This document shows, in pieces, positions 20,310-31,819 of a DNA stretch of 64,000 bases. The notes beneath the pieces are model-generated. The model saw only the letters and a program-made list of their open reading frames with translations. It was not told the origin of the DNA and ran no database searches. The translations under genes were made by a program, and so were the position numbers. Each line of letters starts with the position of its first letter. Positions within the stretch are counted from its first letter, which is position 1. Source of the stretch: Dudresnaya verticillata (taxonomy: Eukaryota); assembly GCA_977862235.1 (NCBI GenBank), contig OZ374563.1, positions 992,001-1,056,000 of the forward strand, in the 5' to 3' direction.

Positions 20310-20565
20310 GAGAACTCGGGCTCTACTGTACTGTAGAGAACACAACGAAAAAGGTGCCCGTGACGGGTAAGCCACGAGACACTTGCAGCTGCGTTTGCAA
20401 GCTCCGCTTGCTACACTTAGCGAGACAATATCAAGTCAGCGTTAGTTCTTTTACCGCTTGTAGCTACAGAGCCTACCCATTAGGGGAGGAGGCCGCGCCA
20501 ATGTGCCCCAGCTGGCTGGAAAATACCATTGTTTCACTCGAGGAAACTTCTTCCTACCTGTAACA

Positions 20566-22453
20566 CTACCACAAGAAGCTAGGATCGACAAAATTCTTAC
20601 TCAGCAGATCAGACTCTAAGATGTCTTCCACGTTCAATGCGGAAAGTACATGGGCCTGATCAACAATCCCCGTTGGCGTCCGAGATTCATTGCCGTTGCT
20701 GGCAACTTGGGATGCAACCTGTGGATTGCGACCACTCTGGCGACGGGCCGCTGCAATGCTCTGGGATGAACTCCCATCTTGGGAACGAGGAATAGAAGTC
20801 CCGGCGGTTGCAGAGCTTGAAAGGCCTTCAACACCCGTGTCCATGTGCGAAGAGTTCGGGGTTGTAGCTTTTGTAGAGCTTGGTGTCCCCCATTTGGTCT
20901 GTATTGCTCTTCGACGCAGCCTGGCGGGAACGAGAGGCGCTAGCAGACCGCGACTTGGCTGGTGCCTTCCGAGCTTTTGCTGGTTTCGCCCTGTTTTGGG
21001 GCTTTTTGTCAACCGGGACAGCGGAGGAGCCAGAAGCTGTAGCTTTTTGAGCTTTTGGTTGCCTCTTTCGATTTGAAGTCGGCTTTCTCGGCTCCCTCCC
21101 AGGCTTCTTGGATGCTTCTTTGCTCACCCGACCCTTGGACGGCTTCAGCTCAACATTTCGCAGTCCCTCACTTTCCTTCTCTGCGTTAGTTGAAGCCTCG
21201 CGATAGACCTTTTTCGCTTCCGTACCCATTGGTTTGCGGTTACGATCCGGGTCCTTGCGACACGCCTGGCAGTCCCAGGTCCCGAGCCTCCTCGCAAGAC
21301 GTAGCAAGCCAACGTCTCTCACCTTTCCTGCACACTTAAAGCACAATCCCATATCACAAGTCCCAGAATATGTATTGATACATTTGAACATGTCCGAGAC
21401 ATTTGAATCAATTAGGCAATACTGGCAGAACGTGGCTCCAATTCGCTTGCCGGGAACAGGCTTAGACCTAGAATTAAGCATTGGATTCGCTCCATCTGCA
21501 ACGTTCGAGGGCACGACTTTCGAAGGCTGAGGTACTGAAGCGGGTTTGGTCCCATTTTCAGGTGTTGAAGCGCCCGTGGTTCCATTCTGAGATACTGAAG
21601 CGACTCTGGTCCCGTTCTGAGGTCCCGAAGCTGCTGTCGTCGCATTACGAGGTGCTGAAGCGGCTCTGGTCGCATTACGAGGTGCTGAAGCGGCTCTGGT
21701 CGCATTACGAGGTGCTGAAGCGGCCTTGTTCACATTCTGCCTTCTATGCACCGCTTTTGCTATCTTCTTTTGGACTGGCAAAGAGCCCACGGCCGAAGGC
21801 GGGGGACTTGGTGGGATTTGTTGTCCATGAACGGGTGCAGTAGGATTGGAGATAGCTGTAGCCTGCGGAGCATGCTGAGCGATCAGCTGTGCCACAAGGG
21901 GAGCGCAAGCAGGGTCTCGGAGTGCAGGGTTGAGCGTGAGCAGCTGCATGATGGGGCTTGAAGCGATCAGCTGTATTTGTGCAACATTGGCCAGCATGTT
22001 TGTCATTGATTGTTGCTGTTGCCCATACTCATTAAACAACGGTGGTTGCCCATACTCATTGAGTGACGGTTGGTGCCCATATCCATTCGTAAAAGATTGT
22101 TGGGCATAGCCGTTAACTTGCGGCTGTCCACTGACTAGCGGTTGCTGTGCTAGCGTATTTTGCGATAGTTGCTGCGGATGCACTGGGTTTGTGGGATGAT
22201 GCTGAAGATAAGCTAATCCAGGCGGCAGCTGCTGCTGAAGGTGGGGTTGGTGGTGACAACTTGGTTGAGTTGGAAGCCTAGCGCGACCAGCTAGGCGCGG
22301 GTCTCTCGTCAGAGGCGTCGCCACATTGGCAACCGAAGGCTGGCTTTGGGAAGAGATTGGGGCGGGCGCAGCACTTCCGAGAGGTTGAGATGTGGAGGGG
22401 CCTCGAACAGAATTGGTCCTCGATGCTGAGGCTGGATGCGGCAGACGGCTCAT
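20566..22453 (-). pseudogene. Array copy 2, with a +1 frameshift near the 3' end (real or a sequencing error)
   Basis: C5 at 20887-20891 versus C4 in the other copies; the ORF stops at 20828. Confidence 0.6.
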
Positions 22454-24317
22454 GATGGTGGATATCTTTTCGATAGGTTCGACAAGATCAATTACGCCGA
22501 AGCAATCACGTAGATGCACCTATTGAGGTTTGTTGCAAACTCTTCACCCTCGGTCAAGGGCTGGGCGTTTTGATAAGGCGAGGTGGTAGGGTTCTAGAGC
22601 ACTCGAGAAGAGGTTTTGAATAGCTCCACACAGTGCCTTCTTTGAGTTCGAGCTTGGGAAGGGCGAGGAGAGGTTGAGGACTGTTCAGACTGTATGCTGA
22701 ATTTTACTCAACACGGTGGGTGTGAGTGAGGTCGTTGTTGTAAGTCTATTGAAAGTTTGCTTTGATGGATTCAATTTGAAGTATACAGACGAAAGAAGAG
22801 TTGCAATTTGACGCGCAGTGCATGTGGATTGTCCTTGTTTTAGTGGGATGTTTTCATGATCTCGATTCATCTGACAATAACGCAATAATGCTTTCTGTTG
22901 TAACGTGGTATACGCGGAAGACCACGATTGTCTTGAGTTGGGAAGCACGGTTTCTTTTATGAAGGATAATGCGGCGGGTGAAGCGGCGGAACGGGAAGCC
23001 ATCCCGTTCTCATAACGCACCCGCCGCTTTATCCTTCCCTACGCACTCTCCCCTGTTAGTCGGCCACCCACTCCCTTCCGTCAGCCACAACCTCCATAAG
23101 CCTCGACCAGGACATCGTTCTCTACAGCTCGTTGTAGGCACCTGAGCTGAGTCAGGAGGGAGTCACACTAGAATGTAGCAATTGGCATACCTGCGCTCCG
23201 CGGCGAGCTGTTGGCCAAAGTTTGGTACCTGCGCTGATCTACTGTACCACTCTAAATGCCGCCTCCGCCCGCCGACCGTTCCAGCGCTAATGCGCCACAC
23301 AACACGCCTGCCACAACTGCTCAACCGCCGCAACGCCCAAACGCTTTGAACTTCAGGAGTCATCTCATCGCTGTTGACTCTGACTCAGCGAGGAAGGATT
23401 TTGACTCAGCACTTCGCAACATTCTACGTGGACGGCAGCGAGGGATATAGTTATCAAATCCTGCTGTCCAGAACTAATCCAAGACCTTGTCTTCTAAAAA
23501 CGGTTCGCTAAGGTGCCATACGCGTTGGACGAGATCCAGAGCAATGAGTATGCAGGGAAGATGGCTGGCTGAATGTATGCCATTGCGCTGGAATCGCTGC
23601 TGTTTTCAATGACGATGTGGACAAGACCGCTGTTGGTTTAGTTGTTCGTAGTTGGTAACGCTGCTGCTGGTGAAGCCAAGGTGCATAAGCAAGGTGCAGA
23701 GAACTCTTCATTAACTATTGCTACCGCTATTGTCAGAGATGACACTACGGATGTACACGGCGATACTGACGATTTTCCGGAGTAGGCGCCAAGGGTGGTC
23801 GAGATAGCTGTGGATGGCGCGGGTGCAGTGAAAACTCTCATGAAGGATTGCGCAGCGGGGAGTGCTGATATCAGGTTATTAAGCTTGGCCCAGAAAAAGT
23901 AATGTTTTTTATTAAATCTATTCACAAGTCAGTGCCGCAAGTTATCTCTTTTTGCGACAAGCATGTTGTCACCCTTTCCGTCGGGGCTGATTTGAGCCCT
24001 TGGCTTGTTATTGGCCCGAGGTGTAGCCGAGGGCCAATAACAACCCTCGGGCTCTACTGTAGAGAACTCGGGCTCTACTGTACTGTAGAGAACACAACGA
24101 AAAAGGTGCCCGTGACGGGTAAGCCACGAGACACTTGCAGCTGCGTTTGCAAGCTCCGCTTGCTACACTTAGCGAGACAATATCAAGTCAGCGTTAGTTC
24201 TTTTACCGCTTGTAGCTACAGAGCCTACCCATTAGGGGAGGAGGCCGCGCCAATGTGCCCCAGCTGGCTGGAAAATACCATTGTTTCACTCGAGGAAACT
24301 TCTTCCTACCTGTAACA

Positions 24318-26204
24318 CTACCACAAGAAGCTAGGATCGACAAAATTCTTACTCAGCAGATCAGACTCTAAGATGTCTTCCACGTTCAATGCGGAAAGTA
24401 CATGGGCCTGATCAACAATCCCCGTTGGCGTCCGAGATTCATTGCCGTTGCTGGCAACTTGGGATGCAACCTGTGGATTGCGACCACTCTGGCGACGGGC
24501 CGCTGCAATGCTCTGGGATGAACTCCCATCTTGGGAACGAGGAATAGAAGTCCCGGCAGTTGCAGAGCTTGAAAGGCCTTCAACACCCGTGTCCATGTGC
24601 GAAGAGTTCGGGGTTGTAGCTTTTGTAGAGCTTGGTGTCCCCATTTGGTCTGTATTGCTCTTCGACGCAGCCTGGCGGGAACGAGAGGCGCTAGCAGACC
24701 GCGACTTGGCTGGTGCCTTCCGAGCTTTTGCTGGTTTCGCCCTGTTTTGGGGCTTTTTGTCAACCGGGACAGCGGAGGAGCCAGAAGCTGTAGCTTTTTG
24801 AGCTTTTGGTTGCCTCTTTCGATTTGAAGTCGGCTTTCTCGGCTCCCTCCCAGGCTTCTTGGATGCTTCTTTGCTCACCCGACCCTTGGACGGCTTCAGC
24901 TCAACATTTCGCAGTCCCTCACTTTCCTTCTCTGCGTTAGTTGAAGCCTCGCGATAGACCTTTTTCGCTTCCGTACCCATTGGTTTGCGGTTACGATCCG
25001 GGTCCTTGCGACACGCCTGGCAGTCCCAGGTCCCGAGCCTCCTCGCAAGACGTAGCAAGCCAACGTCTCTCACCTTTCCTGCACACTTAAAGCACAATCC
25101 CATATCACAAGTCCCAGAATATGTATTGATACATTTGAACATGTCCGAGACATTTGAATCAATTAGGCAATACTGGCAGAACGTGGCTCCAATTCGCTTG
25201 CCGGGAACAGGCTTAGACCTAGAATTAAGCATTGGATTCGCTCCATCTGCAACGTTCGAGGGCACGACTTTCGAAGGCTGAGGTACTGAAGCGGGTTTGG
25301 TCCCATTTTCAGGTGTTGAAGCGCCCGTGGTTCCATTCTGAGATACTGAAGCGACTCTGGTCCCGTTCTGAGGTCCCGAAGCTGCTGTCGTCGCATTACG
25401 AGGTGCTGAAGCGGCTCTGGTCGCATTACGAGGTGCTGAAGCGGCTCTGGTCGCATTACGAGGTGCTGAAGCGGCCTTGTTCACATTCTGCCTTCTATGC
25501 ACCGCTTTTGCTATCTTCTTTTGGACTGGCAAAGAGCCCACGGCCGAAGGCGGGGGACTTGGTGGGATTTGTTGTCCATGAACGGGTGCAGTAGGATTGG
25601 AGATAGCTGTAGCCTGCGGAGCATGCTGAGCGATCAGCTGTGCCACAAGGGGAGCGCAAGCAGGGTCTCGGAGTGCAGGGTTGAGCGTGAGCAGCTGCAT
25701 GATGGGGCTTGAAGCGATCAGCTGTATTTGTGCAACATTGGCCAGCATGTTTGTCATTGATTGTTGCTGTTGCCCATACTCATTAAACAACGGTGGTTGC
25801 CCATACTCATTGAGTGACGGTTGGTGCCCATATCCATTCGTAAAAGATTGTTGGGCATAGCCGTTAACTTGCGGCTGTCCACTGACTAGCGGTTGCTGTG
25901 CTAGCGTATTTTGCGATAGTTGCTGCGGATGCACTGGGTTTGTGGGATGATGCTGAAGATAAGCTAATCCAGGCGGCAGCTGCTGCTGAAGGTGGGGTTG
26001 GTGGTGACAACTTGGTTGAGTTGGAAGCCTAGCGCGACCAGCTAGGCGCGGGTCTCTCGTCAGAGGCGTCGCCACATTGGCAACCGAAGGCTGGCTTTGG
26101 GAAGAGATTGGGGCGGGCGCAGCACTTCCGAGAGGTTGAGATGTGGAGGGGCCTCGAACAGAATTGGTCCTCGATGCTGAGGCTGGATGCGGCAGACGGC
26201 TCAT
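24318..26204 (-). CDS. Array copy 3, ADD/PHD-like zinc-finger protein, 628 aa
   Basis: Intact ORF from MSRLPHP to DPSFLW*. Confidence 0.75.
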   Translation of the reverse strand: MSRLPHPASASRTNSVRGPSTSQPLGSAAPAPISSQSQPSVANVATPLTRDPRLAGRARLPTQPSCHHQPHLQQQLPPGLAYLQHHPTNPVHPQQLSQNTLAQQPLVSGQPQVNGYAQQSFTNGYGHQPSLNEYGQPPLFNEYGQQQQSMTNMLANVAQIQLIASSPIMQLLTLNPALRDPACAPLVAQLIAQHAPQATAISNPTAPVHGQQIPPSPPPSAVGSLPVQKKIAKAVHRRQNVNKAASAPRNATRAASAPRNATRAASAPRNATTAASGPQNGTRVASVSQNGTTGASTPENGTKPASVPQPSKVVPSNVADGANPMLNSRSKPVPGKRIGATFCQYCLIDSNVSDMFKCINTYSGTCDMGLCFKCAGKVRDVGLLRLARRLGTWDCQACRKDPDRNRKPMGTEAKKVYREASTNAEKESEGLRNVELKPSKGRVSKEASKKPGREPRKPTSNRKRQPKAQKATASGSSAVPVDKKPQNRAKPAKARKAPAKSRSASASRSRQAASKSNTDQMGTPSSTKATTPNSSHMDTGVEGLSSSATAGTSIPRSQDGSSSQSIAAARRQSGRNPQVASQVASNGNESRTPTGIVDQAHVLSALNVEDILESDLLSKNFVDPSFLW

Positions 26205-28068
26205 GATGGTGGATATCTTTTCGATAGGTTCGACAAGATCAATTACGCCGAAGCAATCACGTAGATGCACCTATTGAGGTTTGTTGCAAACTCTTCACCC
26301 TCGGTCAAGGGCTGGGCGTTTTGATAAGGCGAGGTGGTAGGGTTCTAGAGCACTCGAGAAGAGGTTTTGAATAGCTCCACACAGTGCCTTCTTTGAGTTC
26401 GAGCTTGGGAAGGGCGAGGAGAGGTTGAGGACTGTTCAGACTGTATGCTGAATTTTACTCAACACGGTGGGTGTGAGTGAGGTCGTTGTTGTAAGTCTAT
26501 TGAAAGTTTGCTTTGATGGATTCAATTTGAAGTATACAGACGAAAGAAGAGTTGCAATTTGACGCGCAGTGCATGTGGATTGTCCTTGTTTTAGTGGGAT
26601 GTTTTCATGATCTCGATTCATCTGACAATAACGCAATAATGCTTTCTGTTGTAACGTGGTATACGCGGAAGACCACGATTGTCTTGAGTTGGGAAGCACG
26701 GTTTCTTTTATGAAGGATAATGCGGCGGGTGAAGCGGCGGAACGGGAAGCCATCCCGTTCTCATAACGCACCCGCCGCTTTATCCTTCCCTACGCACTCT
26801 CCCCTGTTAGTCGGCCACCCACTCCCTTCCGTCAGCCACAACCTCCATAAGCCTCGACCAGGACATCGTTCTCTACAGCTCGTTGTAGGCACCTGAGCTG
26901 AGTCAGGAGGGAGTCACACTAGAATGTAGCAATTGGCATACCTGCGCTCCGCGGCGAGCTGTTGGCCAAAGTTTGGTACCTGCGCTGATCTACTGTACCA
27001 CTCTAAATGCCGCCTCCGCCCGCCGACCGTTCCAGCGCTAATGCGCCACACAACACGCCTGCCACAACTGCTCAACCGCCGCAACGCCCAAACGCTTTGA
27101 ACTTCAGGAGTCATCTCATCGCTGTTGACTCTGACTCAGCGAGGAAGGATTTTGACTCAGCACTTCGCAACATTCTACGTGGACGGCAGCGAGGGATATA
27201 GTTATCAAATCCTGCTGTCCAGAACTAATCCAAGACCTTGTCTTCTAAAAACGGTTCGCTAAGGTGCCATACGCGTTGGACGAGATCCAGAGCAATGAGT
27301 ATGCAGGGAAGATGGCTGGCTGAATGTATGCCATTGCGCTGGAATCGCTGCTGTTTTCAATGACGATGTGGACAAGACCGCTGTTGGTTTAGTTGTTCGT
27401 AGTTGGTAACGCTGCTGCTGGTGAAGCCAAGGTGCATAAGCAAGGTGCAGAGAACTCTTCATTAACTATTGCTACCGCTATTGTCAGAGATGACACTACG
27501 GATGTACACGGCGATACTGACGATTTTCCGGAGTAGGCGCCAAGGGTGGTCGAGATAGCTGTGGATGGCGCGGGTGCAGTGAAAACTCTCATGAAGGATT
27601 GCGCAGCGGGGAGTGCTGATATCAGGTTATTAAGCTTGGCCCAGAAAAAGTAATGTTTTTTATTAAATCTATTCACAAGTCAGTGCCGCAAGTTATCTCT
27701 TTTTGCGACAAGCATGTTGTCACCCTTTCCGTCGGGGCTGATTTGAGCCCTTGGCTTGTTATTGGCCCGAGGTGTAGCCGAGGGCCAATAACAACCCTCG
27801 GGCTCTACTGTAGAGAACTCGGGCTCTACTGTACTGTAGAGAACACAACGAAAAAGGTGCCCGTGACGGGTAAGCCACGAGACACTTGCAGCTGCGTTTG
27901 CAAGCTCCGCTTGCTACACTTAGCGAGACAATATCAAGTCAGCGTTAGTTCTTTTACCGCTTGTAGCTACAGAGCCTACCCATTAGGGGAGGAGGCCGCG
28001 CCAATGTGCCCCAGCTGGCTGGAAAATACCATTGTTTCACTCGAGGAAACTTCTTCCTACCTGTAACA

Positions 28069-29955
28069 CTACCACAAGAAGCTAGGATCGACAAAATTCT
28101 TACTCAGCAGATCAGACTCTAAGATGTCTTCCACGTTCAATGCGGAAAGTACATGGGCCTGATCAACAATCCCCGTTGGCGTCCGAGATTCATTGCCGTT
28201 GCTGGCAACTTGGGATGCAACCTGTGGATTGCGACCACTCTGGCGACGGGCCGCTGCAATGCTCTGGGATGAACTCCCATCTTGGGAACGAGGAATAGAA
28301 GTCCCGGCGGTTGCAGAGCTTGAAAGGCCTTCAACACCCGTGTCCATGTGCGAAGAGTTCGGGGTTGTAGCTTTTGTAGAGCTTGGTGTCCCCATTTGGT
28401 CTGTATTGCTCTTCGACGCAGCCTGGCGGGAACGAGAGGCGCTAGCAGACCGCGACTTGGCTGGTGCCTTCCGAGCTTTTGCTGGTTTCGCCCTGTTTTG
28501 GGGCTTTTTGTCAACCGGGACAGCGGAGGAGCCAGAAGCTGTAGCTTTTTGAGCTTTTGGTTGCCTCTTTCGATTTGAAGTCGGCTTTCTCGGCTCCCTC
28601 CCAGGCTTCTTGGATGCTTCTTTGCTCACCCGACCCTTGGACGGCTTCAGCTCAACATTTCGCAGTCCCTCACTTTCCTTCTCTGCGTTAGTTGAAGCCT
28701 CGCGATAGACCTTTTTCGCTTCCGTACCCATTGGTTTGCGGTTACGATCCGGGTCCTTGCGACACGCCTGGCAGTCCCAGGTCCCGAGCCTCCTCGCAAG
28801 ACGTAGCAAGCCAACGTCTCTCACCTTTCCTGCACACTTAAAGCACAATCCCATATCACAAGTCCCAGAATATGTATTGATACATTTGAACATGTCCGAG
28901 ACATTTGAATCAATTAGGCAATACTGGCAGAACGTGGCTCCAATTCGCTTGCCGGGAACAGGCTTAGACCTAGAATTAAGCATTGGATTCGCTCCATCTG
29001 CAACGTTCGAGGGCACGACTTTCGAAGGCTGAGGTACTGAAGCGGGTTTGGTCCCATTTTCAGGTGTTGAAGCGCCCGTGGTTCCATTCTGAGATACTGA
29101 AGCGACTCTGGTCCCGTTCTGAGGTCCCGAAGCTGCTGTCGTCGCATTACGAGGTGCTGAAGCGGCTCTGGTCGCATTACGAGGTGCTGAAGCGGCTCTG
29201 GTCGCATTACGAGGTGCTGAAGCGGCCTTGTTCACATTCTGCCTTCTATGCACCGCTTTTGCTATCTTCTTTTGGACTGGCAAAGAGCCCACGGCCGAAG
29301 GCGGGGGACTTGGTGGGATTTGTTGTCCATGAACGGGTGCAGTAGGATTGGAGATAGCTGTAGCCTGCGGAGCATGCTGAGCGATCAGCTGTGCCACAAG
29401 GGGAGCGCAAGCAGGGTCTCGGAGTGCAGGGTTGAGCGTGAGCAGCTGCATGATGGGGCTTGAAGCGATCAGCTGTATTTGTGCAACATTGGCCAGCATG
29501 TTTGTCATTGATTGTTGCTGTTGCCCATACTCATTAAACAACGGTGGTTGCCCATACTCATTGAGTGACGGTTGGTGCCCATATCCATTCGTAAAAGATT
29601 GTTGGGCATAGCCGTTAACTTGCGGCTGTCCACTGACTAGCGGTTGCTGTGCTAGCGTATTTTGCGATAGTTGCTGCGGATGCACTGGGTTTGTGGGATG
29701 ATGCTGAAGATAAGCTAATCCAGGCGGCAGCTGCTGCTGAAGGTGGGGTTGGTGGTGACAACTTGGTTGAGTTGGAAGCCTAGCGCGACCAGCTAGGCGC
29801 GGGTCTCTCGTCAGAGGCGTCGCCACATTGGCAACCGAAGGCTGGCTTTGGGAAGAGATTGGGGCGGGCGCAGCACTTCCGAGAGGTTGAGATGTGGAGG
29901 GGCCTCGAACAGAATTGGTCCTCGATGCTGAGGCTGGATGCGGCAGACGGCTCAT
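28069..29955 (-). CDS. Array copy 4, 628 aa
   Basis: Same translation as copy 3. Confidence 0.75.
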   Translation of the reverse strand: MSRLPHPASASRTNSVRGPSTSQPLGSAAPAPISSQSQPSVANVATPLTRDPRLAGRARLPTQPSCHHQPHLQQQLPPGLAYLQHHPTNPVHPQQLSQNTLAQQPLVSGQPQVNGYAQQSFTNGYGHQPSLNEYGQPPLFNEYGQQQQSMTNMLANVAQIQLIASSPIMQLLTLNPALRDPACAPLVAQLIAQHAPQATAISNPTAPVHGQQIPPSPPPSAVGSLPVQKKIAKAVHRRQNVNKAASAPRNATRAASAPRNATRAASAPRNATTAASGPQNGTRVASVSQNGTTGASTPENGTKPASVPQPSKVVPSNVADGANPMLNSRSKPVPGKRIGATFCQYCLIDSNVSDMFKCINTYSGTCDMGLCFKCAGKVRDVGLLRLARRLGTWDCQACRKDPDRNRKPMGTEAKKVYREASTNAEKESEGLRNVELKPSKGRVSKEASKKPGREPRKPTSNRKRQPKAQKATASGSSAVPVDKKPQNRAKPAKARKAPAKSRSASASRSRQAASKSNTDQMGTPSSTKATTPNSSHMDTGVEGLSSSATAGTSIPRSQDGSSSQSIAAARRQSGRNPQVASQVASNGNESRTPTGIVDQAHVLSALNVEDILESDLLSKNFVDPSFLW

Positions 29956-31819
29956 GATGGTGGATATCTTTTCGATAGGTTCGACAAGATCAATTACGCC
30001 GAAGCAATCACGTAGATGCACCTATTGAGGTTTGTTGCAAACTCTTCACCCTCGGTCAAGGGCTGGGCGTTTTGATAAGGCGAGGTGGTAGGGTTCTAGA
30101 GCACTCGAGAAGAGGTTTTGAATAGCTCCACACAGTGCCTTCTTTGAGTTCGAGCTTGGGAAGGGCGAGGAGAGGTTGAGGACTGTTCAGACTGTATGCT
30201 GAATTTTACTCAACACGGTGGGTGTGAGTGAGGTCGTTGTTGTAAGTCTATTGAAAGTTTGCTTTGATGGATTCAATTTGAAGTATACAGACGAAAGAAG
30301 AGTTGCAATTTGACGCGCAGTGCATGTGGATTGTCCTTGTTTTAGTGGGATGTTTTCATGATCTCGATTCATCTGACAATAACGCAATAATGCTTTCTGT
30401 TGTAACGTGGTATACGCGGAAGACCACGATTGTCTTGAGTTGGGAAGCACGGTTTCTTTTATGAAGGATAATGCGGCGGGTGAAGCGGCGGAACGGGAAG
30501 CCATCCCGTTCTCATAACGCACCCGCCGCTTTATCCTTCCCTACGCACTCTCCCCTGTTAGTCGGCCACCCACTCCCTTCCGTCAGCCACAACCTCCATA
30601 AGCCTCGACCAGGACATCGTTCTCTACAGCTCGTTGTAGGCACCTGAGCTGAGTCAGGAGGGAGTCACACTAGAATGTAGCAATTGGCATACCTGCGCTC
30701 CGCGGCGAGCTGTTGGCCAAAGTTTGGTACCTGCGCTGATCTACTGTACCACTCTAAATGCCGCCTCCGCCCGCCGACCGTTCCAGCGCTAATGCGCCAC
30801 ACAACACGCCTGCCACAACTGCTCAACCGCCGCAACGCCCAAACGCTTTGAACTTCAGGAGTCATCTCATCGCTGTTGACTCTGACTCAGCGAGGAAGGA
30901 TTTTGACTCAGCACTTCGCAACATTCTACGTGGACGGCAGCGAGGGATATAGTTATCAAATCCTGCTGTCCAGAACTAATCCAAGACCTTGTCTTCTAAA
31001 AACGGTTCGCTAAGGTGCCATACGCGTTGGACGAGATCCAGAGCAATGAGTATGCAGGGAAGATGGCTGGCTGAATGTATGCCATTGCGCTGGAATCGCT
31101 GCTGTTTTCAATGACGATGTGGACAAGACCGCTGTTGGTTTAGTTGTTCGTAGTTGGTAACGCTGCTGCTGGTGAAGCCAAGGTGCATAAGCAAGGTGCA
31201 GAGAACTCTTCATTAACTATTGCTACCGCTATTGTCAGAGATGACACTACGGATGTACACGGCGATACTGACGATTTTCCGGAGTAGGCGCCAAGGGTGG
31301 TCGAGATAGCTGTGGATGGCGCGGGTGCAGTGAAAACTCTCATGAAGGATTGCGCAGCGGGGAGTGCTGATATCAGGTTATTAAGCTTGGCCCAGAAAAA
31401 GTAATGTTTTTTATTAAATCTATTCACAAGTCAGTGCCGCAAGTTATCTCTTTTTGCGACAAGCATGTTGTCACCCTTTCCGTCGGGGCTGATTTGAGCC
31501 CTTGGCTTGTTATTGGCCCGAGGTGTAGCCGAGGGCCAATAACAACCCTCGGGCTCTACTGTAGAGAACTCGGGCTCTACTGTACTGTAGAGAACACAAC
31601 GAAAAAGGTGCCCGTGACGGGTAAGCCACGAGACACTTGCAGCTGCGTTTGCAAGCTCCGCTTGCTACACTTAGCGAGACAATATCAAGTCAGCGTTAGT
31701 TCTTTTACCGCTTGTAGCTACAGAGCCTACCCATTAGGGGAGGAGGCCGCGCCAATGTGCCCCAGCTGGCTGGAAAATACCATTGTTTCACTCGAGGAAA
31801 CTTCTTCCTACCTGTAACA

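Noticed and set aside
18933..20563. Small ORFs repeated in each unit (111, 66, 64, 67, 95 and 137 aa)
   Set aside because: They recur only because the DNA is duplicated; they are not preserved in the parent locus and some cross rearrangement junctions.
19623..23374. Unit as a Helitron, LTR element, rDNA or endogenous virus
   Set aside because: No Rep/helicase, RT, integrase, capsid or rRNA sequence, and no hairpin-plus-CTAG end. Most of the unit maps to the adjacent host locus.
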